The notes below the pieces were generated by a model. The model was not told where the DNA came from, did not search any database, and saw only the letters and a program-made list of their open reading frames with translations. A program made the translations under genes and the position numbers. From contig NC_089429.1 in NCBI RefSeq assembly GCF_026210795.1, forward strand, positions 3,038,001-3,102,000: a DNA stretch of 64,000 nt, given 5' to 3'. Below, one piece after another: positions 36,679-45,985 of the stretch. Within the stretch, counting starts at the first letter, position 1; each line of letters begins with the position of its first letter. Source of the stretch: Rhizophagus irregularis (taxonomy: Eukaryota).

Positions 36679-38229
36679 CTATGCAACTATCTCAATTTCG
36701 CGCTGTTCACATTTAATAAAATAGGATCTGGCTTCATATCTACCTTCTATACCTTCCTCATCATCATGATCTAACTTACATAATGGACATGGAGTCTCGT
36801 CGGTAATTCCATAATAATCGAACTTTTCACTACTAAATTCTCTATATAAATTAGGATATTGGTCCAATGCTTTGTTGCGAAAATAGGCGCGGTCATAAGT
36901 TGGATTAGATTGGGATGTAGATGGTACATTTGCTTGAGACATGTCTGATGAAATCATTTCCGATGGAGCATTTGGCTGAGAGAATGCTGGTACTTCAGCT
37001 GGCAGACCACGTGTGTGTGAGCAATTGTTCACGCCGATCAATTTTTGAGATTTGGTTAGTTCATCAGTATAAAGATTTATTATATTCTGGATTTGTGCAT
37101 CAGTTAGTCTAGAGATTGCATCAGCACTAGATGTAACCACACCAATTTTATCTATTCCTATTCCTTTAAACAAGGTATAGATGTTTTTAGCCTTTTGTGT
37201 CATCTTACGCAAATACTCTCTCTTTTTACCGGGAAGATACAGCTCCATTTCATCATAAATCTGCGTTCTTGCCATTTGATCGCTAATATTATTTTCGGAT
37301 CTAAGGGTTATAATCTTTTTTTCATATTCCTCACTATAGTAATACCATCGTAATTTTTCTTTCCGACCGGTCTTTTCAGCCTTGTCAAATAAATGAGCTA
37401 AATGAAGTACAGAACCTGGAGTTAGGTCAGCATTGACTGGGACATCTGGAATATGTTTGCTAGATATAGAATTCGGTAAGGATGTGGAATTATGGCATTT
37501 AATAAATTCAAGTAGTTCGCGTATTAAATCTTGTTCCACTTTCTGATTATAGGGAATTTTTTGGGGTGGAGTGTCCTGCTTATTTCCAAAAGACTCACAG
37601 GGTATCGCTGACTTTGCAGATGATTCCTTTGGAATCGATTCTTCAACTACCTGTTCTGGGGGAGTTACAAGTCCAGTGCTAGTCGTAGAGAGGTCTGTTA
37701 TACAACTGGTGTTAATTGCTGGTGATGACTCCTGGACAATCAATTCGCTCTGAAGCTTTTTTTCCCGCTTCCTCTGCCTGATCTCATCGCTAACCTTTCT
37801 TCTATACTCCTCATCCAATAAATCATCCGTCTCTTTATCCTCCAATGACTTAGTTTCTGTACAAATAGGTTTGCATGCATTAGAATTAAATGTACTATCA
37901 GATGTATTTGATGGTTTTGCCATCTTTTCTAGTTTACCCAGGCGAACAACATTGTTTGGGTTCTCGACAGAGCTAGCATTGGCCGATGATTGTTTGATTT
38001 CCTTGATATCATCATCCATTTTGGCAATAAGGTTGGTCTTTTCTTTATCTCTCTGCTCTAGTCTCGTGAACCTAGCTTCATGTTCTTCCAAAGCGCACCT
38101 TAACTTTGCATTCTCAGCCTTGACCTCTGCATTCTCATCCATAACCTTGATATATTTGGCCTTAACCTCAGCATTCTCGGCCTCAAGCTCAATAATGCGT
38201 TGTCTCAATGAATCAAGTTCAGATGACAT
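36679..38229 (-). CDS. Coiled-coil protein with a helical domain and a C-terminal CPxC..H zinc-binding motif
   Basis: 516-aa ORF; N-terminal AEVKAENAK heptads; PCPLCKLDH...FIKC. Confidence 0.7.
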   Translation of the reverse strand: MSSELDSLRQRIIELEAENAEVKAKYIKVMDENAEVKAENAKLRCALEEHEARFTRLEQRDKEKTNLIAKMDDDIKEIKQSSANASSVENPNNVVRLGKLEKMAKPSNTSDSTFNSNACKPICTETKSLEDKETDDLLDEEYRRKVSDEIRQRKREKKLQSELIVQESSPAINTSCITDLSTTSTGLVTPPEQVVEESIPKESSAKSAIPCESFGNKQDTPPQKIPYNQKVEQDLIRELLEFIKCHNSTSLPNSISSKHIPDVPVNADLTPGSVLHLAHLFDKAEKTGRKEKLRWYYYSEEYEKKIITLRSENNISDQMARTQIYDEMELYLPGKKREYLRKMTQKAKNIYTLFKGIGIDKIGVVTSSADAISRLTDAQIQNIINLYTDELTKSQKLIGVNNCSHTRGLPAEVPAFSQPNAPSEMISSDMSQANVPSTSQSNPTYDRAYFRNKALDQYPNLYREFSSEKFDYYGITDETPCPLCKLDHDDEEGIEGRYEARSYFIKCEQREIEIVA

Positions 38230-38403
38230 GATAATATTTTAATGTTCTATAATGCTAGTATTCAAAATCGGAAAAATATGTAAGCTGATCGTGAACAATT
38301 GTTCACGCCGATCTCTTTTGCCAAGAAAAAAAAATATTAATAGGGGTTTATGACAATCATACAAGTAGGCACGATCCCTTACCCTGAGTGCCTTCGGCTG
38401 GGA

Positions 38404-38631
38404 TCAACTTATTCGTTGTCTCTCTCTTTCGAGGCGACGATAGATTTTTTTGGCATGTTTGGAACAATAGCCCGTATAAGATAATGTAGGTTTATCACAT
38501 ATTCTGCATGGAGATTTTAGCATATTATTTGCATCCGATTTCCAGTGGAGCGAACATCCTGCCAAGCGGGTGCATACTCGGCCACAAGTACTCCCATCCT
38601 TTCTAATATGTGGGCAGGTAAGACGATCCAT
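38404..38631 (-). CDS. Zinc-finger-like paralog of the repeat-encoded small protein
   Basis: CPHIRKDGSTCGRVC...GCSLH...PCRICDKPT...GYCSKHAKK aligns with 14223-14504. Confidence 0.65.
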   Translation of the reverse strand: MDRLTCPHIRKDGSTCGRVCTRLAGCSLHWKSDANNMLKSPCRICDKPTLSYTGYCSKHAKKIYRRLERERQRIS

Positions 38632-38762
38632 TTATTATATTCTTTCTTCACTTCCATTATAAAATCCGATTTCAAATTATGGAAAAATCTGAATTGAACT
38701 TCGGTGGAAAAAGTATAACATAAACGAAAAATATATACCACACCATACCACAGTCATCATCT

Positions 38763-39314
38763 ATGGACACGCAAAGAGCAGTACTTAATATTTTAACAGG
38801 CCGATGGATCAACCCAAACGGAAAGCTATTCCAGAAGTTGATTCGTGAAGGTTACAGATATGCTAACAGACTTTCGGATTATTTAGAAGATATTGGAACT
38901 ATGAATATCGGTGAATTCGAATTAGACCCCTTAATTGACTTCTATTATCCAGCCTTAATTCCGCCTTTATCTGTCTTAGCAATTAGAGAAGATATTCGTA
39001 AAAACTTTCCTATTAGTGTAGAATCTGCGGTTGTAGGAGGAATGAGTTTATTCACCCTTGAAAAAAATAAACAATCCTCGCTTCAGAATCTAATCCGAAT
39101 GAATTATTCCAATGATAACTTGATCACACTAATAGGAATAACTTGGGAGCAAGAAGAGATGAAAACTTGGAGGAACGAGGTGCTCATGAAATTCCTCCAT
39201 AATCCGAATTTGGTACTTTCAAGATATAAACCAAATGCATTATATGACGCATTCACAAAAACAGATATTTTAGAGCCGGAGCATGTATTAGCTCTAACAC
39301 GGCTACTCGGTTAA
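38763..39314 (+). CDS. Hypothetical protein with an NxxTGRxI motif
   Basis: VLNILTGRWINPNGKLFQKLI matches the repeated NPITGRPI / NTDTGRYV motif of element B ORF 56777-57358. Confidence 0.6.
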   Translation: MDTQRAVLNILTGRWINPNGKLFQKLIREGYRYANRLSDYLEDIGTMNIGEFELDPLIDFYYPALIPPLSVLAIREDIRKNFPISVESAVVGGMSLFTLEKNKQSSLQNLIRMNYSNDNLITLIGITWEQEEMKTWRNEVLMKFLHNPNLVLSRYKPNALYDAFTKTDILEPEHVLALTRLLG

Positions 39315-39646
39315 AATGTGAACATGATATAAATTTGTATATAGCCACGGAACCCCCATTCCATGACTATATTTTTTTCGCTTATCATATATACTTGCAA
39401 AATTCAATTTTTTATTAATATATGCAAAAATAAATACATAGATCGGGTCTTAGCCCGCGATACAACTGATACATGACGTCTATGCTACATCTAATCCTAC
39501 AGTCTAACTAACCACCTGACATTTACGTGACTTGGAAATTCGCCCCTCCTTCTTTACGAAATGTCTGTAAAATACATGATTATTAATTATAAGACACTAG
39601 GAATACAGGAAACCACAATACAGTAATTTGCGAAATAGTTAGACTC

Positions 39647-41379
39647 TTACACAATATATCCATCTAGCAATTGAGATAATTTGAGCTGTTCCTCCTCGAA
39701 AAGCTTTCTCTTCTTTTTTGTATCCTCCCGGCTTGCCATCCCGAAGTCAATCAGGTATAGGGCACCTTTATCGTTAATTAAGATATTTTCCTCCCGAATG
39801 TCATTGTGGAGGATGCCATGCTTGTGGATCGCTTCCAATCCCTTAATAGCCCTTGTCTTTTGCTGTTCCGTAATTTTTTGGTCGCTCAACGAAGTGCCGA
39901 CAATAGTCATGCCGATAACGAAGCTCATACCTCCTCCATAATATCCATAACAGACCAACTTCGGGATATACTTGCCTTGGATATCAGCGAGTTCCTTGTA
40001 AATCTCTACTTCCTTCTGCATTTCTTTCAGAACATACGATGGGGCCTTCGATAAGTCTACACTCTTCAAAGCAATCGTATCGCCACGAAATTCGCATAGG
40101 AGCGTTTTTCCACTTCGTCCTTCACCTAGTATGCTCTTAAACTTGAAGTCTGCAAAGCTAAACTTTTCCTGGTCTACGTTGGAAGCGCCAAAGGCGGATG
40201 ACGATTGTTGATTCGCGGAGGTGCTGGAAGCCTGATTAGTTAATGAAGAGCTGGATGATGATTTTGAGTTTGATCGAAGAGTTCGTGAATTATTATCCCC
40301 TTGAGCCGGCACTAGTACTTGAGGTTTAGGAGAGTTGGGATTCTCTTTCGCCTGTCGAGTTAGATAAGCATATGCCTTGAGAACTGGTGGAGATTCGGAT
40401 TGTAGTGGAAGGGTTTTTGAGATCCAGAGCTTCGTGTGTTCTCGGCATAGAAACCAGTGATTATCATAGGTGGTAAGAATACCGTATCTAAGTTCGTTTC
40501 CTCCCATATAATTATAGATTTGTTGAATTACATCCTTGCCCTTACTCGTATTATAAAACTCGGGAAATGTCTGTTCACCCATGTCTTCTAAAACATGCTT
40601 TCTTTTTGCCTCAATCACCAAGATCAACGAACCCACGAGATGACAGGTGAAGTCCGGTATGCCAGGAGAAGTAGGTGGACGTTTTGAAAAATTATAATCT
40701 GATCCTATAAGCTTATTTAACATCAAACAAATGTTGATAGATATAGCAACGCGAACATCCTCTTCATTGACTATCTCTATATCTTGGTTAAATTGTGGCC
40801 TCTCGAATATCGGTTGTTGGTCGAAGCGGAATTGATTCACTTTATCGAAAAAGTCGCCCCATAGTTGTACACTTGTCGGCGGGTCACCATTAACCTTTGT
40901 AGTGGTCTTCGATCTAGTACAGTCCGGAGAATATGTTATGGGTGGCGGAATACACGACAACGCCTCTTCCAAGCTGAGAACTGGAAACGAATATGTGTTA
41001 TTATTACTAGGGCAAATGACGAAAAATTAGCCGTTAAGGCGCTTTGCACAGACTATACCAGACACTTACGTGGCAATTTTACAATAACATGGATATGTTC
41101 TTCGAGAGGTGAGTCTGGAAAGTACTTCGAAATTTTTCTTATTGCCAACAGTTCGTCACTGTCCTGGAGTATTAGATTTCTTAATTGATCGTCCTGATCG
41201 CCAGGGATCGACACCTTCCATAGCTTGAGCCTGTCTGCGTCAATACCAGCGAAGTCATTTTGTTTTTTCGCCTTTATAGCGTCCTTGAGGTGGCTAACCA
41301 ACTTTTCCCTATCAATATCTACGGCAAAAGCACTCGCGGTCGTATTTCCTTTGACGAGACATAGTAAAGTGATAGGCAT
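39647..41379 (-). CDS. Crinkler (CRN) effector-like protein: ubiquitin-like header, REase, protein kinase; one intron (41069-40981)
   Basis: ITLLCLVKG...LKLWKV...HIHVIVKLP header. Splicing the GTAAGT...CCAG intron gives P-LLSLEEAL in frame. PDF...VIEAK nuclease motif; kinase motifs GEGRSG, ALK, HNDIREEN, DFG. Confidence 0.9.
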
Positions 41380-41796
41380 GTTTACGGCTTATATAGTATT
41401 TTTTGCGGAATATTATTGGTGCAAACTGGCGTAAGTGAGGACAAGAATAAAAAAGATTTTATTTGGCGAAAAAAATACTGAGGCAGACTATATGTGAGAA
41501 ATTATTCTGTTTCACAAGCCTGCCGTATGATCGGCCAGGTGCAACGATCGCCTAATCACTGCGCCTCCCTAACCGTGAAGACTCTTCTCACTTATCACCT
41601 GACGTTTTTTATATAGGCTAGATAAAAATGTTAGATTTATGCGAAGCGCCTTTACGGCTAGTCCATGGACCGCATCATTACACGTGACCCGTTTCTCATG
41701 TACTGGTAAAATAATACTTTATTTATGAAATAAAAAACGTTACCAAGTCGGCCTACAATACATAAAAATGCGACTATATCGCTATTACATGATGTT

Positions 41797-42156
41797 TTAA
41801 ATAAATACATAAATATTAATTCTATCATTAGGGGGTGGCTCGGGGAAGAGCGTAGAAATCAACTCATGTGGAGGCATTCCTGTTTCGTTTAGACGTTCCC
41901 CACGAACAAATTTTTCAATTTGCTTTTCAATTGATGTAACTCCCTCAGTATCATTGATCTTCCAGAGTAAAAACTCGGCAGGAGGAACCTTTTCAAATAA
42001 ATGTGGCCACCTTTCTCTAATCATAATCCTTAACTGATCAACTGTTTCGTTGGTAGAGATTTTAAGCGTAGTAACACTTCCTTCTGATAAATTTGATCTA
42101 TCACCTATCTCGCAAGGTAAAAGAAGACAATTGAGAGTGATAATAGTATCAGACAT
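41797..42156 (-). CDS. Stand-alone CRN-like ubiquitin-fold header
   Basis: ITLNCLL...ETVDQLRIMIRE...LLWKIN...INIYV parallels the CRN N-terminal domain. Confidence 0.6.
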   Translation of the reverse strand: MSDTIITLNCLLLPCEIGDRSNLSEGSVTTLKISTNETVDQLRIMIRERWPHLFEKVPPAEFLLWKINDTEGVTSIEKQIEKFVRGERLNETGMPPHELISTLFPEPPPNDRINIYVFI

Positions 42157-42663
42157 CTCGCTTTCCTAAATTCATGAACCCATAGTGAGAAGAACTCGCT
42201 CCCATACATACATAACTTCTGGCATATACATACCTTATTTTGCATTAGCTACGCTAGTGAAACTATTTTCTCTGGGAAAGTTTTTTGCGGAAAGTTGGCT
42301 GAACTTCCACATACCTCTACATGCTTTATATATGCCTGGGAAAAAGTTAAGGAGGCATGAGGCGTAATTAGTATTGTCGTATGATGCCAAGAGCTCTATG
42401 AAAGCACATGTAAACGGAATCCTCTTACCTTTTCACATGTAGATCTACCGGAGAGACATAGTTGGTCTTACGCCTGGCGATCTCGGAATTGCGTGTCCCT
42501 CAGCCTTTCATAACATATGCTTTTATCGTCACTATTTACTTTTAGAGTTGGTCCTGTGTTGCATGTAGACCTCCTTTCAAGCGAAGCGCCTGTGAAGCAG
42601 GCCATTTTTCTCATGATTGTTCAGGAAAAAATAAAGAATAAAGGTTAATATGTTTTTTCGATA

Positions 42664-42778
42664 TATATGCAAAAAATATTATGTCGCACAAGACCTGTCT
42701 GGTGATCCACTTATTTTTCTGTCGCACAGGAGTGGCCCAGCAAATTCTTCCGAGCTGAAGATCACCGCTCCGGACTAG
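42664..42778 (+). repeat. Direct repeat copy 1 (~115 bp)
   Basis: Near-identical to 43627-43759 (atgtcgcacaagacctg...gatccacttatttttctgtcgcacaggagtggcccagcaaattcttccgagctgaagatca...ccgctccggactag). Confidence 0.9.
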
Positions 42779-43559
42779 CTAGATTGGTAGTGTACCACCC
42801 CGCCATAGAGGGTCTTGTTAATTCCAGATTAAGAAAAGCAGAAATAAAATTATTATTAGAGAACCCAGATTGGGTCGAAATCTGTACATTGCTAACCTGT
42901 CTAAGACAATCACTAAATGCAGTAATAAAATCAGGCGCATTTTCCTTTTCAGCTTGAATAAGCATTTCTACCATTTTATCAGGATCAAGATCGTGACTAT
43001 AATAACATCCAAATCTTTCGATATACCTTTGACTTTCTGATGACAATCCTTTATGGAATAATTCTCTAAGATGATTTTTACAGAGCTTGATAACATCATT
43101 ACATCTCTTTATCTTCGAGTAATAATTCACTATTGAGTCTTCACCTTGAAGCAATAACCCATACCGGAACTTATCTATCTCATCTGCATTGTCATCTACC
43201 TTAATCTCATTTTTATCAATACCATCCGGCCATATTTCCTCTCGAAGTTCATATGAATAATATGGCAATTCTATTAGGCTCAATATTTGTGGAAGATAAA
43301 TAACATCAGATTGTAAGAGTACATGGAATAATGATGTTGAATTTCTTACACTGGGCAGACTATATACAAATCGTTTAAGAGTTTCCTCCCTCCAATGCCT
43401 GACTGCCTTTGTCTTCCAATAGATTTTGATTTCGCAAAATAGATCTTCCCAGTCTTGCCATTCTGGTATAAATTCAGGATTTCCTTCATTATCCCATTCA
43501 TACCTCGATCCATATTCTTTGATAAATTCATTGTAGCCTTCATCTGCGTCATCTGACAT
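42762..43559 (-). CDS. Protein containing a Gag capsid C-terminal-domain-like segment
   Basis: LLQGEDSIVNYYSKIKRCN...ELFHKGLSSE aligns with Gag LTQGSDSVRNFYRKIDKY...IQFLRGLSPE. Confidence 0.6.
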   Translation of the reverse strand: MSDDADEGYNEFIKEYGSRYEWDNEGNPEFIPEWQDWEDLFCEIKIYWKTKAVRHWREETLKRFVYSLPSVRNSTSLFHVLLQSDVIYLPQILSLIELPYYSYELREEIWPDGIDKNEIKVDDNADEIDKFRYGLLLQGEDSIVNYYSKIKRCNDVIKLCKNHLRELFHKGLSSESQRYIERFGCYYSHDLDPDKMVEMLIQAEKENAPDFITAFSDCLRQVSNVQISTQSGFSNNNFISAFLNLELTRPSMAGWYTTNLASPER

Positions 43560-43626
43560 TTTACTAATAGAGCAATTATACTTAATAAAAAATAAAGTAC
43601 TGGCAGCGTGCATAGCTTCTTTTCAG

Positions 43627-43759
43627 TATATGCAAAAATTAATATGTCGCACAAGACCTGACTGATGATCCACTTATTTTTCTGTCGCACAGGAGTGGCC
43701 CAGCAAATTCTTCCGAGCTGAAGATCATGAGAATCACCTCACGGCCCGCTCCGGACTAG
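43627..43759 (+). repeat. Direct repeat copy 2
   Basis: Matches copy 1, with a short extra insertion after gaagatca. Confidence 0.9.
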
Positions 43760-44049
43760 TTGGATCGAACTCCCAGATATTCACTCAGCTCGGGATAATC
43801 GAACACGCCTACAATCCTATCCTGTCTTTTATTCTCGACAGCGATAAAGCCGGTTGCCCTATCATATGTGTGCTCATATTTGGCTGGATTGCATAGGGGC
43901 AAATATTGTGTGGGATTAGTAGTAAACTTACCCATTGTCTTGCGCCTGTTATTTCTTGATTTTTTAGCCATTACCAGATAGTTTGTCCGATTCAATTATC
44001 TTTGATCAAAAATATACAAAGTGCCTGATTCATCTCTTTAAACTATCAC

Positions 44050-44526
44050 TTACTTAACCTTTCTCGGTCGCGCCCTTCTTCGTTGCTTAGCCAAAGGCGC
44101 TAAAGCATGAGGGACAGCCTTTTTTTCTCTTACCTCAATTATCTCAACCGAATCGGAATCTTTGGAAGACTCAGACGAATAGTAGGAATTTTTATGCACA
44201 TCGCCTTTCGGCCCTTTTTTACTAATTAGCGAGGGAACTATTTCATGTATTAAGTCGACCACAGCTCCCCTATCTACACATTCGCCCAGATCATCCAATC
44301 CATCTTCCAATTCATCTTCCAATAAATTGACCTTCCTTTTAAGCTTTACATATTTGATATGATAATCTTCCAGTCTTTTTTCTAATGCCCAAATCTGTCC
44401 AGAGAGTGCTTTATATGCTCTTGTATTCTGCTCATCCAGTCCTAATGACTGGGCTAATTTCTCTGTATATCTGATAACTTCCTGCTCGCTGGATACGTCA
44501 GATGGATGCTTTTGATCGGTTACCAT
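44050..44526 (-). CDS. Coiled-coil protein with a basic C-terminus
   Basis: 158-aa ORF ending KQRRRARPRKVK (NLS-like). Confidence 0.55.
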   Translation of the reverse strand: MVTDQKHPSDVSSEQEVIRYTEKLAQSLGLDEQNTRAYKALSGQIWALEKRLEDYHIKYVKLKRKVNLLEDELEDGLDDLGECVDRGAVVDLIHEIVPSLISKKGPKGDVHKNSYYSSESSKDSDSVEIIEVREKKAVPHALAPLAKQRRRARPRKVK

Positions 44527-44652
44527 TTTTGTGATATTTTATATATGCTAGATCTTACCTTGAGCGAAAAAATAAAATTAATAAATAATACCAGGATTAC
44601 CGAAGGTAACGCTCTTCCGATTCTAATCATCTAACCCGTTTACAGTATGTGA

Positions 44653-45802
44653 TTAGTTTTCGTCAAAGAACTCGAATGCTTTTGCCTGATCATAAGGTAC
44701 CCCACAGGGCCTGTAATTGACTATAGTATAGTTTTTTGCAGGGGAGACATGGTTGTCTGCACTGTGGCGAAGTGCTTCACTAGCGATAGTCATAGCCTCC
44801 TGATAAATTCTTTGAACCATGCGATACAACTGCAAATACCGCCCCTAATTTGCGTAAAGAACTAGGAGTAGCGGTTTACCTATTTCAGGGGAGAAATTCA
44901 TCTTTTTTTAGGAATGTATTGAACCATAATACGCCTGGCTTTCCTGGGTCTCGTAACTGTCCGGAAGAAATTGCTTCCTGAATCCATATAAGCAATTGCT
45001 TCGCCCGTTCCTCATTCTTCTCTAGTGATCTAAATACTCGAGGAATGTCTTGTTGATCTCGATTTTTCCCATACCCAGTTACGTTTCCATTAAATATGTG
45101 CAAGTCTTTAATTTCGCCAGGGCGAATACAAAGCATTATCATTACATCGGCTAGGGCTTGTTTATCGGGTATATTTGACACAACATATGAATCCAGTCTT
45201 TCCTTAACCGATTCTAATGAAAAGTGGTCTGGATAATAGATCCCTTCATTCTCACGTAACAATCTATTCTCCTTTTGAATTTTATTAGCCGAACAAGTTA
45301 TGTCTGGAATAAATGTAGCCGAGATAATTTTTTTTGAGGCTCCGAGGGCTTTCAGTTCTCTTCAAGTCTAGCTGGTAGGGCGCTGATGGCCAGCGCTCGG
45401 CATTGTTAGAGGCCGTTCCAGATAAGGCCTTGGCTATAACTTCTACCTCTTTTTCGCTAATATTATCTCGGATAATACGCTCGGCCAAATCTCTAATAGT
45501 CTCTTTCGGTGAAATTTGACACACATTCACTGTCCCCTCTTCTGGTTCTATTTCCTGAGTGGTATCAGGAGTATTGGAAACGGCTCCTTCTTTTTTCCGA
45601 CCAGCCGTCTGCTTAGGAATTAATGCAAATACCTGTTTTTCGCTAAAGTTGTATCCTTTCTTGAAACGACGTCGTGCCTGATCCCTCTTAGTTTTATCCG
45701 TCAAAAGGATGTCTAACGCCAGTGCGTGTCGGCGAGCTCTTCGATACTCATCTCGTTATTGAGCTCGTTTTCTGTTACATATCTAGTAGCGATGCCAGCC
45801 AT
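44653..45802 (-). pseudogene. Tyrosine-recombinase-fold protein resembling a protelomerase (telomere resolvase), frameshifted
   Basis: Reconstructed motif order: MLCIRPGEI (R), VTGYGKNR (K), SSLRKLGAVFA (R, ~44835-44865, absent from the ORF track), EALRHS (H), PAKNYTI (Y). Confidence 0.7.
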
Positions 45803-45985
45803 GTTATTATTTGGTAATATGTAGGATATTTGGTTATACCTAGGTTGTTTGGTATATACTATGCGGAGAAAGTTCAATTCGAAAAAATAAATAATTGTTC
45901 TTCGTGTTACTTCGAAAAAACATAAGATATACTTTAACCAAGAAAATCGATCCACTATCGAGAGGGCTGGCTTTTTATTCGCTCT

